The position numbers and the translations under genes were made by a program. The notes under the pieces were generated by a model. The model was not told the origin of the DNA. It saw only the letters and a list, made by a program, of their open reading frames with translations, and did no database searches. A stretch of 64,000 nucleotides of DNA from positions 199,640,001 to 199,704,000 of the forward strand of contig NC_042998.1 in NCBI RefSeq assembly GCF_006345805.1, in the 5' to 3' direction. Positions 51,292 to 64,000 of this stretch are shown piece by piece (the first letter of the stretch is position 1; every line of letters starts with the position of its first letter). The stretch is from Octopus sinensis. Lineage: Eukaryota.

Positions 51292-53280
51292 ACCTCCCAA
51301 AAAACAAAAACAATATTCTCTTCTATACAAAACCTCCCCAAAACATCTGTTTTATATAAATGAACGAGCTGTTTGTACATTCATAGGATTTTATTTGACA
51401 AGATCGAGAAACGTACAAAAGTGCTAATAATAATGAAGAAAAAATAAGATATTTTCCAAAATTCTGACGAGCTTTTTTCTCAATATATATATATATATAT
51501 ATATACACATGTGAATTGTATATTCTATGTGTTGTGCTCTTGGACAATGGACACTATTTCAAGCTTCTCCAGCATAGAGGTTATAAAAGCTCTCGTATTT
51601 TAGCCGTCATACCTTTGTTCTCCTTTGTGTCAAGGGTGAATAGACTGCAAAGGTGTCTTTTTCTGATCGAAGCAACAAGACATCAAAACCAAATAGCGAA
51701 TGTATGCTACAATCTAACAAACCATACACGCTAGTGTATAATGGTTATCGTATAAATATGTGAATATATGCTTGAATTTAGGTGTATATGTGCCTATATG
51801 TACGTTCGTATGTGTGTGTTTGTGCTCGCTCGTGCAATATATCTTTCATTCAGCTGTATCATTTTAATATCTTTCATTCAGCTGTATCTTTCAAATGTCT
51901 TTCATTCAGCTGTATAGTTACACATCTCACACGACGGTCGAATATTTTATGCACTAAATCACTTACAAAACGTCATAATCGTAAACAAATGAAAATATAT
52001 ATACATTCGTTTATCGATTACTATTTCACCTGTTTATTTTCTCTTTTATCTTTTGGAGCAAACCTTTATACATTCATACTCATACATATGTAGATATAGA
52101 TATCTGTGTATGCAGGAACATAGACACACACAGACACACACAGAGAGGCGGCACACACACACACACAGAGGAGGCACACACACACACACACACACATATA
52201 TATTATTTATTTATAGTCTCTTGATAGTTATTATTTACGACCTTTATTAGTTTTGATATCTAATCATTTTTATAAAAGGATTTAACGTTTTACATATAAT
52301 TTAATTTGCGAATTAGTTTCGTAAGACTATACATTATTTAATAATTAGGTTATACTTTCATTAAGTAGTATAACATTTAAGTAAATTAGTTTTTATTTTA
52401 ATTAATATTATATTCAAATCTATTATCGTGTGAAATATCAAATCTATTATATTACACATATATATTAATAAAATAGTTAGTTTATATAATGGATTTGGGT
52501 ATATTTCAACCATTTCCTATTTTTGATTGTATTATTCATGACTAGTAATAGCATTGGGTATATTAGTAAGAAGCTAAAACATATTTTTATTAATTTAAAA
52601 TCCAGATAGATTAATTTAATCGTTGTACTTCGTAACATAGTTTGTTCATCAATATTATTTGGATCTTGTATTATTTTGAGTTTGATCGTTGTTGTTATTA
52701 TTATGATGTTATTGAGTGGATTTGTATTGGACTGTCGGTTGTAGTTGAATGTCTTCATAGTGTATTGTTCTTTTGTTCTAATATTTTTTGCACCTTGCTT
52801 TAATTTATGGGGCTTAAATGTTTCTTACTTTCCATTAGTAAATGATTTTCGCCGTTATATCATATTGATAGTTATAGGTTATAATAACTATTAATTATAT
52901 CCATTTATTTAGAATGATTTATTATTATTTTTATAAAGTGATCTAACGTATTACATTTATTTTAATTGGAGAATTAATTTTGTTAGACAATGTATCATTT
53001 AATAATTAGGTGGTATATTTATTAATTAATATCAATTTAGTAAATTTGTTTTATATTAGTTGATATTTAGTCAACTATATTATTGAGTAATATATTAAAT
53101 CTATAGAAACTACACAGATATATTAATTATATAGTTGTCTATTTAATGTTTGTCTATATTTGAACCGTTTCTTATTTTGATTACAATATTAATGGCTTGT
53201 ACTAGCATTGTGTATATTATTAATTTGAAGTATTGTATATTTAAGTATTGTTTTTCGTTTTCACTTAATGTATTTTATAT

Positions 53281-53318
<38 letters not shown>

Positions 53319-53393
53319 AATTATATATTTATATTTTAAAAGATTATTTACGTATATTTATTAATTAATTATTTTATTATTGTAGTTTATTTT

Positions 53394-53498
53394 TAACCTG
53401 ATGAGTGGATATATATATACATCGAAGTGATGTTACTACTACTATTATTTTTTTAATATAATCATTTCTTAAATATAGCCACGAAACACGTGTCCTTA
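53394..53498 (+). ncRNA. Minimal hammerhead motif in a (TA)n-flanked element (53315-53667)
   Basis: CUGAUGA 53398-53404, stem II GUGG.UAUAU/AUAUA.CCAC, GAAA 53483-53486, C-ACGU-G palindrome, GUC ending 53494; stem I weak (3 bp plus mismatch). Confidence 0.65.
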
Positions 53499-53782
53499 TT
53501 CTACCAAATATATCCGTTTTTATTATTATTTTGCAATCTAATTAATCATCGGTATATTATTGTTATATTTCTATTATTTAATTTATTATATTTCTATTAT
53601 ATGTAATTTGCTAGATGGTGTAATTTAATTGTTCATTTGAATTGATAAAAGGTGTTTTTTCTAATTTATATATATATATATATATATATACTGAGTAACA
53701 GCTTTTGTTATATTTCAGCTGCTTTTGAATAAAGCATATTACTGTACCTCTTGTTTCACATTTATGTACTTACTCCGGTATA

Positions 53783-53828
<46 letters not shown>

Positions 53829-54109
53829 TGAGTACAGCTTTTGTTATATTCAGCTGCTTTGTCTTCCACCCCTGCTTCACAACCGAAGTTGGAGTATTTA
53901 AGTCCTGATGACTTAGCGGTTTGACCTAAAATATTGATAAAATAAGTATAAGGTTTATAATAAATTAAACATTGCGATCGATTCATTCGCCTGAAAGAAA
54001 ACGTTTTCTACATGGTGTTGTCGAGGATTGGCAGAAGTCTAGTGAGTGAAATATGTAAAAGATTTATATATATCTACTATATGTTTATATATTTATTATT
54101 TTATTCTGT

Positions 54110-54312
54110 TATTCATTTACTTGTTGCAGTCATTTGACTGCGGCCATGCTGGTACATCACCTTTAAGCGAAGAAATCTACCCTAGACTTATTCTTTGTAA
54201 GCCTGGTACTTATACCATCGGTCTTCTTCCGAACCACTAAATCACAGGGACAAAAACATCTACATAAGTTGTGATGTGATAGTAAAGGTAAAACACACAG
54301 GCACAGAGATGC

Positions 54313-54343
<31 letters not shown>

Positions 54344-54530
54344 TATATTATTATATATATATATATTATACACGTATGTATATCTATGACGGACTTCATT
54401 TCAGTTACCGTCTACCAAGTCCACTCACATGGCTTGGGCGCCCCGGGCTATAGTAGAAGACAATTACCACGCAGTGAAACTGAACCCGAAGCCAAGTGGA
54501 TGGGAAGCAATTTATTTCCACACACCCTCG
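54110..54530 (-). mobile_element. SINE family A, diverged full-length
   Basis: Colinear with 1-411 including internal TA tract. Confidence 0.8.
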
Positions 54531-55222
54531 CCTACACCCGTGTGTAATATTTGTGTGTAATATTTAACGGAAACATTTTCAAGATATGATTCCTGCTTCA
54601 TTGAAAATATGTTTGTAAATTATACATATGTATTTATGTAATATATGTTTTTGTCTCACTGTCAACTAATTATCTATCATTTAATTATTGAATCTAGGTT
54701 AAGAAATGGACTCACACATATTTCGTTTTCTCACAAAAATCATTCAAAAGGCTACCTATGAAATATCAAATTGTAATGAGTGTCCTTCCACGCAGAAAAC
54801 GATGTCTTGTAGGAATTTTTGTATTAGAGTAGGCCAACAGACGTGATATATTAAAAAAATGTACAATCTAAGCGTCGTTCAAGTGTGAAACAAACAGCAA
54901 ACCACAAAAGCAAATAAAATACTGGCAAATATCTGTAAAATTTAAATCTATTCCTCCCATCATATTTTAAAATCATATATAATATCTATCAACTACTTTA
55001 CCATATTTTTTTTCTTTTCTATAGTAAATGCTTGTAGTAGTATTTGGAAAATAATCGTAATTTAATTGAGAAAAGAAATGAAGAAATAAACGATTATTTG
55101 AAGGATATTATTTTATTATTGATATTGTCAGCAGGGTTTGACTTCATAAAAAGCTGAAACAACACAATTGGGTCGCTTTTGAAGGAGCTGCATTTTGTTG
55201 TGATTAGGTATTAAGATGATAA

Positions 55223-55640
55223 GGCGGCGAACTGGCAGAATCGTTAGCACGCCGGGCGAAATGCGTAGCCGTATTTCGTCTGCCGTTAAGTTCTTAGTTC
55301 AAATTCCGCCGAGGTTGACTTTGCCTTTCATCCTTTTGGGGTCGATAAATTAAGTACCAGTTACATACTGAGATCGATGTAATCGACTTAATCCGATCCG
55401 TGTGTCTGTCCTTGTTTGTCTGCTGTGTGTTTAGCTCCTCGTGGGTTGTAAAGAAATAGGTATTTCGTTTGTCGCTATATTTTGAGTTCAAATTCTGGCG
55501 AGGTCGACTTTGCCTTTCATCCTTTTAGGGTCGATTAAATAAGTACCAGTTACGCACTGGGGTCGATATAATCGACTTAATCCGTCTGTCTGTCCTTGTT
55601 TGTCCTCTCTGTGCTTAACCCCTTGTGGGTAGTAAAGAAA
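55223..55640 (+). mobile_element. SINE family B dimer with 15-bp TSD
   Basis: Junction AAAGAAAT|AGGTATTTCG at 55458; TSD TAGGTA(T/A)TAAGATGA at 55205-55219 and 55641-55655. Confidence 0.9.
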
Positions 55641-56092
55641 TAGGTAATAAGATGAAGTCACCTTTGTGGAATCAAACTATATTCTGAACATTTAGGTGTA
55701 ATCAAAAAAAACAGAACGTTCATAGAAGATTATATTTTCCTTCCTATGTAAATGCGCATATAATTAAATTAGCAATACTTTAAATATACGAAAACCAGTA
55801 ACGATTATAAGTATATATTGCAGCAATGCTACTTCTTTTATTATACACTGATACTGAATAACAGAATAAGGAATTTAAGGAATAAATATTTAGGAATATT
55901 TTGAAATACATATTTATGAATATAGTGAGATATGTTATATTTGTAAGTTTAATATTAGTATCTACTTATGTGCATATACATCTGTAAATATATGTGTCTG
56001 TATATGTTTTCACGCTTATAAATATCATATAAGTATATAAGTAAGTAAACATAATTATATAAAATAAATACATACATTTACATATATATATG

Positions 56093-56511
56093 TACTCTTT
56101 TACTCTTTTACTTGTTTCAGTCATTTGACTGCGGCCATGCTGGAGCACCGCCTTTAATCGAGTAAATCGACCCCGGGACTTATTCTTTGTAAGCCCAGTA
56201 CTTATTCTATCGGTCGCTTTTTGCCGAACCGTTAAGTGACGGGGACGTAAACACACCAGCATCGGTTGTCAAGCAATGCTAGGGGGACAAACACAGGCAC
56301 ACGAACACACACGCATACACACACACATATATATATATACATATATACGACAGGCTTCTTTCAGTTTCCATCCACCAAATCCACTCACAAGGCATTGGTC
56401 GGCCCGAGGCTATAGCAGAAGACACTTGCCCAAGATGCGACGCAGTGGGACTGAACCCGGAACCATGTGGTTGGTTAGCAAGCTACTTACCACACAGTCA
56501 CTCCTGCGCCT
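56093..56511 (-). mobile_element. SINE family A, full-length, (GAGTAAAA)n tail
   Basis: Very similar to 1-411. Confidence 0.9.
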
Positions 56512-56529
56512 ATATATATATGTATATAT

Positions 56530-56690
56530 AAAAATTTGAAAAAAAAACACCTTTTATCAATTCAAAATGAACAAGTAAATTACACCATCTACAAAATTAC
56601 ATGTAATAGAAATATTAAATATAAATAACAATAATATACCAATGATTAAGTAAAGTGCAAAATAATAAATAAAACGTATATATTTGGTAT
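56530..56690 (-). mobile_element. 3' portion of the 53315-53667 HHR element family, in (TA)n
   Basis: Reverse complement of ~53502-53667 (GATGGTGTAATTT..TGTTCATTT.GAATTGATAAAAGGTGTTTTTT). Confidence 0.8.
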
Positions 56691-56745
56691 ATATAGATAT
56701 ATGTATATATATATATATTTGTATGTATATTTGTATATAATGGTG

Positions 56746-56782
<37 letters not shown>

Positions 56783-57124
56783 TGTCGTGTGTGTGTGCGT
56801 GTGAGTGTCTGTGCGTGTCTGTGTGTGTGTGTGTGTGTGTAGTAAGAGCTGGAACTCGCTCAATCCTGGCTAGATAAGTAAATCAATCGATCGAGGGAGA
56901 TAGATGTTGCGGGAACAAGAAACCCAACAAGATGAAAGAAAGATCACTGATGAAGCATTTCACCTGGAGCATCCAAGAAGTGTTCCTTACAACGAAATTA
57001 CACAACAGACGCACTCAAACTCACGCAAGCGCTTACTCACACAGTATATACAACGGCATAATGCGCACACACTTATACCAATTATGTGTATGCACATGTG
57101 TAAACTCATACTTTAAGCCTGATA

Positions 57125-58060
<936 letters not shown>

Positions 58061-59420
58061 TACAAATATGTATATATAATATATACTTACACACACAAAC
58101 ACACATATATATATATATGTGTATGTATATATATATGTATGTATAAATATATATATATATATTTATATATATATATATAAATATATGAGTGTATATACAT
58201 ATATATATATATATATGAATGTATATGTATATGCGTATATATAAGTGTGTGTGTATGTGTGTGTGCGGCTTGTGTGCGTGAGTACGTGTGTGTGTGTGTA
58301 TGTGTCTATTCATATGCGTATAGCTAGCTTATTGACTATTGCTACCAGCGGGAGATAAAAGCGATTCAGTATATGCTTTTGTAGATTATATCAAGGGCGT
58401 CGGGGAGCGGATGCGACGTTTTGCGATTGCGAAACACTACAGCCATTCGTTTCATCAACTCCTGACAGATCAAGCAAGCCACGATCCAACAGAGCAGAAA
58501 GAACAAAAAAAAGAAATTGCCACGTGGGGCTACTATAGCTGACATTAAAGCGAAACTTGTTGCAACATTGATTATTAACATTTAACGGGGATTACATGAA
58601 TATGCACTGTCAAAAATTATTATTCCCAAGATCAATAAACGGCTGTGCGTTAACCAACTTAAGAAACTATTTAATAATCCAAGGAAGAATGACTGACTTG
58701 CGCGGTTTCTCATGTGTCAATTAAAAGTGCAGATATTCAAAGTAACGACGCGATCTTTATAGAGCTGATGGAACGAAAATGGAGTGTGACCGGAAATCAA
58801 GTAATTTCTTAATAAACGAATTAAGAAAGAAAAGAAAAAGTAGACTCCTGTGGCTATTTTATTTCATTTGAAACGTGCTACTTCTTTGATTATTAACAGA
58901 TAATTTAGCAGTTGATATATTGGAGAAGTTGCTTTCCAGTCAATCTGACAATATTTCTGCAAATCTTGAGAAATCGGTCAAACGCAAACGCCCTATTCGG
59001 GATGAATGTGTCGATTAAGCACCTGCAGAGTAGCATAAGTCTAACACGGGGGAAAATTGTATCTGAAAACCGCATGAAGCATATGTCATATAATTTGTCG
59101 GCCAATAGATATAGTTTGTTAATTACTGCTAGACACGAGGAATTCAAGCATGTATATATACAGTCATATGTATAATTGTTGTTCAATGAACTGAATTGAA
59201 TCATATTGCAAGTAAGGTGAATAAGCTATTGACAGGTGTACCCTTAAACTTCAGACAGCATCATGTGATAAGGTTAGCATTATAAATTACAAGTGCCGCT
59301 GTTCGTAGTCTTCTGCACAGTTTCCATATCGCCAAATACACTGCCCGCCTGTTTGCCTACCTACCTACCTACCTACCTACCTACCTGCCAACATACATAC
59401 ATACGTACGCACACACACAC

Positions 59421-59501
<81 letters not shown>

Positions 59502-59709
59502 ATACATATATATAAAGTACAAAATGGATCAAGAATGCAAAACATCCAGAAAACTAGGTTATACAAAAAGGTACAACAAAACATCCAGATAGACCATACA
59601 AAAAAACAGGACGGGTCATTCGAAGCTTTTTGCACATATATACATAGGAAGCTAAAATTTAAATTGAGCGTGAAAATCTTCACGCTATAAAAATAAAACT
59701 ACTGTGTGT

Positions 59710-59838
59710 TAATAATAATAATAATAATATAATAATTATTATATTATTATTATTATTATAACAACAACAGCAACAGCAACAACAACAATAACAACAACAA
59801 CAACAACAACAACAATAACAATAACAATAATAATAATG

Positions 59839-59884
<46 letters not shown>

Positions 59885-60020
59885 TGATGATGATAATAAT
59901 AATAATAATGATAATAATGATGATGACGACGACGACGACGACGACGACGACGATGATGACTACGACGACGACGACGATGAAAATGACGACGATGATGATG
60001 ATGATGATCATGATGATGAT
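59710..60020. repeat. Compound (AAT/AAC/GAT/GAC)n microsatellite
   Basis: Directly visible. Confidence 0.95.
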
Positions 60021-60244
60021 ACTAAGAAAGATTGCGAGACACGAAGAAGCCAACTTAGAATCAGGTTTATTGCAAATAAGTTGGAAACAGATAACCGGTA
60101 AGTAGATGACATTTCCAAGTATATTTTCATTTGAATTTTTTCTGAATACATTAAACATATGTCATTTACTTCCGTACATATTTCTATTGCAGGAGGCAGC
60201 AATGAGAAATGTAAGATACAATTATTTTAATTATCCTTATCAGC

Positions 60245-60422
60245 TCTTTTATTGTTTTATTTGTTTCCGTCATTTTAACTGCGACCATGCTTAAAGGATT
60301 TTTTTAATCGAAGAAATCGATCCCAGGACTTATTCCTTGTATGTCTCGTACTTATTCTACCGGTGTCTTTTGCCGAACCGCTAAGTTACGGTGACGTAAA
60401 CACGTAAATATCGGTTGTCAAC
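60245..60422 (-). mobile_element. SINE family A 3' half, diverged
   Basis: GACTTATTC...GCCGAACCGCTAAGTTACGG...GGTTGTCAA. Confidence 0.75.
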
Positions 60423-60649
60423 CTGTTTTACATGGAATTTCTTTAGTGTTATAGTCTATTGCGGCTGTGTCCTTAACTCATGCGGGTATAGCTTTGATGT
60501 TTAGACACCATTTCTCTCTATTTAAATACTATACCACTTTCTTTATAGTGTGTAGTTTGATTTCTATGCTGATAGGGTTCTAGTATCTGAAATCTTAACT
60601 AAGTGAATTGGCTCTTTTAATTTGAGCCATTACAGATATAAATTTACTT

Positions 60650-61042
60650 TGGAGGCGCAATGGCCCAGTGGTTAGGGCAGCTGACTCGCGGTCGTAGGAT
60701 AGTGGTTTCGATTCCCAGACCGGGCGTTGTGAGTGTTTATTGAGCGAAAACACCTAACAAAGCTCCACGAGGCTCCGGCAGGGGATGGTGGTGATCCCTG
60801 CTGTACTCTTTCGCCACAACATTCTCTCACTCTTACTTCCTGTTTCTGTTGTACCTGTATTTCAAAGGGTCAGACTTGTCACTCTCTGTGTCACGCTGAA
60901 TATCCCCGAGAACTACGTTAAGGGTACACGTGTCTGTGGAGTGCTCAGCCACTTACACGTTAATTTCACGATCAGGCTGTTCCATTGATCGGATCAACCG
61001 GAACCCTCATCGTCGTAACCGACGGAGTGCTTCCATCCATCC
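60650..61042 (+). mobile_element. SINE family C with (CCAT)n tail and 12-bp TSD
   Basis: TSD ATAAATTTACTT at 60638-60649 and 61043-61054; A box TGGCCCAGTGG, B box GGTTTCGATTCC. Confidence 0.92.
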
Positions 61043-61295
61043 ATAAATTTACTTAGGCGTAGTGGTTGGATATGAACCTGCTAAAGACAAAGCGCAGTGA
61101 AAATCCAGGTAAATTTAATAACATTTCTAAACCACTAGAGAGAAATAGAAACTAAAGAGAAAGACTGTGTCGAAAGCTTTACGGTGTCCATCCACCATCT
61201 CAGGATATCTCTAGTAGTACAAAATGAATAAAGGTTTCTGCCAGCTCGCCGCCTTTTCTACAAATGTAATTTACAGACTCAGCATGATTGTGTAT

Positions 61296-61296
61296 G

Positions 61297-61354
<58 letters not shown>

Positions 61355-61443
61355 CAATAATAATAATAATATTAATAATAATAATAATGATGATGATGAT
61401 GATGATAACAACAATAATAATAATAATAATAATAATAATAATC

Positions 61444-61492
<49 letters not shown>

Positions 61493-61532
61493 TAATAATG
61501 ATAATAATTAAAATAATAATAATAATAATAAT
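61296..61532. repeat. (TAA)n microsatellite
   Basis: Directly visible; abuts Dong-like fragment. Confidence 0.95.
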
Positions 61533-61535
61533 ATA

Positions 61536-61810
61536 TCGAAAATGATAACGCAATGATCCTATGGGATTTTAACTTTCAGTACAACCATGAGATATAGAAT
61601 AGAAAACCAGGCAGTGTTAATTGAGAAAGAAAACAAACGATATTGGATGATAGATATAGTATGCTAAGCTGACAACTAGGTATGCGATAAGGAAGAAAGA
61701 AAAGTCGAGAGATATGACAGATTAGCTTGGGACATTAAGCAGTTGTGGTCGCTAAAAAAGGTGGTAGTAGTGCTAATAATTGTCGGAGCCCTGTTAACAG
61801 TGAGTAAAAT
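61536..61810 (+). mobile_element. R4/Dong-like restriction-like endonuclease (RLE) fragment
   Basis: ENDNAMILWDFNFQ...RKP..VLIEK...MIDI.C.AD....KEERKVERY..L..DIKQLW...VVVV.IIVGAL.TV. Confidence 0.85.
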
Positions 61811-61834
61811 TATTGGGGAAGTACATGGAACAAA

Positions 61835-62545
61835 TATGGCCTGCAGTCGTCCGAAAATGTCTTCAAGGTGTTATCTACTGATGAGACATTATGTTGTAGC
61901 TTGGGCACTCTATAATGAAATCCGTCGGAAGGATAAACCCGAGAACAATTAAATAAGAACCCAGAATATGGTAGAAGCCATAACCACTCATAATAAAAAG
62001 GAGTACTGGTGGAATGCCCCAGTGAAGACCTCAATAAAATATAAGCATAACAGTCCTGATATAATGATTTTTGATGGAGAAGAGAAACTGTGTAGAGTTA
62101 TGGAAGTTATGGAAGTTAGCTGCCCAGCGCATGTTAACATAAAGTGGAAAATCAGTGAAAAACAGCATAACTATATTAAACTATCGAGAAACCTGAAGTT
62201 ACAATATCCAGATTACAAGTTCTGGTATATACTTGTAATTATTGGAACAGTGGGATAGGTAACACACTGCCTAAATACCAATCTTGAGAAATTAAGCTTC
62301 TCAAATCCAGAAAGGAGGAAGTTGATTTGAAGACTACAGATCCAATTTATCACTGGAACTGCAAAACTATAAAACTTTCGAGGAGTTTATGATATAAATA
62401 AATCTGAGGATGTCTCGATATACAAGTATATGCATTAGAATACATACATAAAACAAAAAATAATTCCAATGAAAGAGCTGTGGATCTAGGTTAGAAACCG
62501 GCTCTTTCTCTATTGGCAAGAAATCTTGAAATGAAACTGAAGAAT
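61835..62545 (+). mobile_element. Second, different R4-like 3' end: end of Zn knuckle, RLE domain and 3' UTR
   Basis: P KMSSRCYLLMRHYVVA (RHD motif), EYWWN.PVKT, NSPDIMIFD, EVSCP, EK..NY..L, VIIGTVG; UTR hairpin GAAAGAGC/GCTCTTTC; ends at (CATA/CCTA)n. Confidence 0.8.
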
Positions 62546-62776
62546 GACATATATACATACTAGCTATTTAACTACCTACCTACATACATACCTACCTAGC
62601 TACATACATACCACCTACCTACCTACCTACATACATACAACATACATACATACATATCTACCTACCTATCTACGTACATACATACATCCACACATACATA
62701 TATGTAATATATGTATGTTTATATATATATGTGCATATACTACATAAATATATATATACAAATAATATATACATAC

Positions 62777-62807
<31 letters not shown>

Positions 62808-62990
62808 ATATATATAATAATATATATATATATATCTAAGTGTAAGTATAGGCAATTATACATGTGTGCATAGTATTGGTCAACATATGCAGTATATGTA
62901 CTCATATACAATATATTCATATATAAGTTTAGGTGTGTGAATGTGTAAAGCATACATATACATTCAGATAAATATGTGTATCTCAGTATG

Positions 62991-63021
<31 letters not shown>

Positions 63022-63286
63022 ATACACACACACACACAAACACACACATATATATATACATATATACACACATATATTTATTTATTAATATATACACACA
63101 TGCATATATATGTATGTACACTTATGTGTGTGTATAGGTATGGTCACGCAAACATATATCCACGCACACATATATACGTGTCGTGTGTACATACGCAAAT
63201 ATAGATGCACTTTATATATATATATATATATATATAATCATATATATGTATATATACATATACATATATATATACTATACATACAT

Positions 63287-63319
<33 letters not shown>

Positions 63320-63331
63320 CTCATATATATG

Positions 63332-63388
<57 letters not shown>

Positions 63389-64000
63389 TTATATATATAT
63401 ATACATATATATATACACATGTATGTATGTATAAAACTGTTGTTACGTCCCCTCGGCTTTAGGCATTACAAGGCCCAACTTCAGTCAAAAGAAGAAATGA
63501 TTATAATTATTCATAATATTGCCCTGAATGGGATGAATCAAACGAATCAAGAAACCTGGTCTTCGCCGATCTGGAAATATTAATAGTGAATCTATGACCA
63601 CATATACACACAAAATGCATTCACACACAAACACACACGCACACACACGCACACACACAAACACTCGACACACACACACACACACACACATATGTTTATA
63701 TTTTACATTTATATTAAAATATTTTTGGTTCATTTATGAAATTATTTAATAGAAATCAAGTTAAATATTTAGATCGTCATGGCTATTATTCAGCACCTTT
63801 CCTTGCACATGAACTTTCAATAAATAGCGCTGATTCTTATAAATTACTCACTGAACCATTGCTATGTCAAGGCATATTATAACTCCTCTATCGTTCCGTT
63901 TAGAAAAGTTCCAATGCTCGACTCTAATGGTTAATGGTTTTTTTCCTTTCTACACGTTTATGTGCTTTGGCCATTAACACTTCTATACAATATATTGACT

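Noticed and set aside
53905-54000. CTGATGA in a TA-adjacent segment
   Set aside because: No matching stem II/GAAA/NUH arrangement

Overview
Very AT-rich, microsatellite-dense eukaryotic non-coding DNA. The SINE families and repeat landscape suggest an octopus or other coleoid cephalopod (inference). No intact host gene is visible, and most ORFs in the track are translated microsatellites. The window holds about 20 tRNA-derived SINE copies (at least five modular families, my labels A-E), decayed LINEs (R4/Dong-like, RTE/BovB-like, a CR1/L2-group element), a near-full-length decayed Penelope-like element (PLE; RT + GIY-YIG) and two Chapaev-3-like DNA transposon relics. The most interesting signal is a set of short elements in or next to (TA)n or TA-rich sites. 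Five carry minimal hammerhead-ribozyme (HHR) motifs with palindromic helix III. Three others carry perfect 25-36 bp terminal inverted duplications, the same architecture as the 21-bp one at the 5' end of the coding PLE. One HHR-bearing ~200-bp family has fixed ends and 14-16 bp TSDs. SINE family B forms concatemers with a recurrent junction. Boundaries of decayed elements are approximate; family assignments are by eye from remembered motifs, with no database search.
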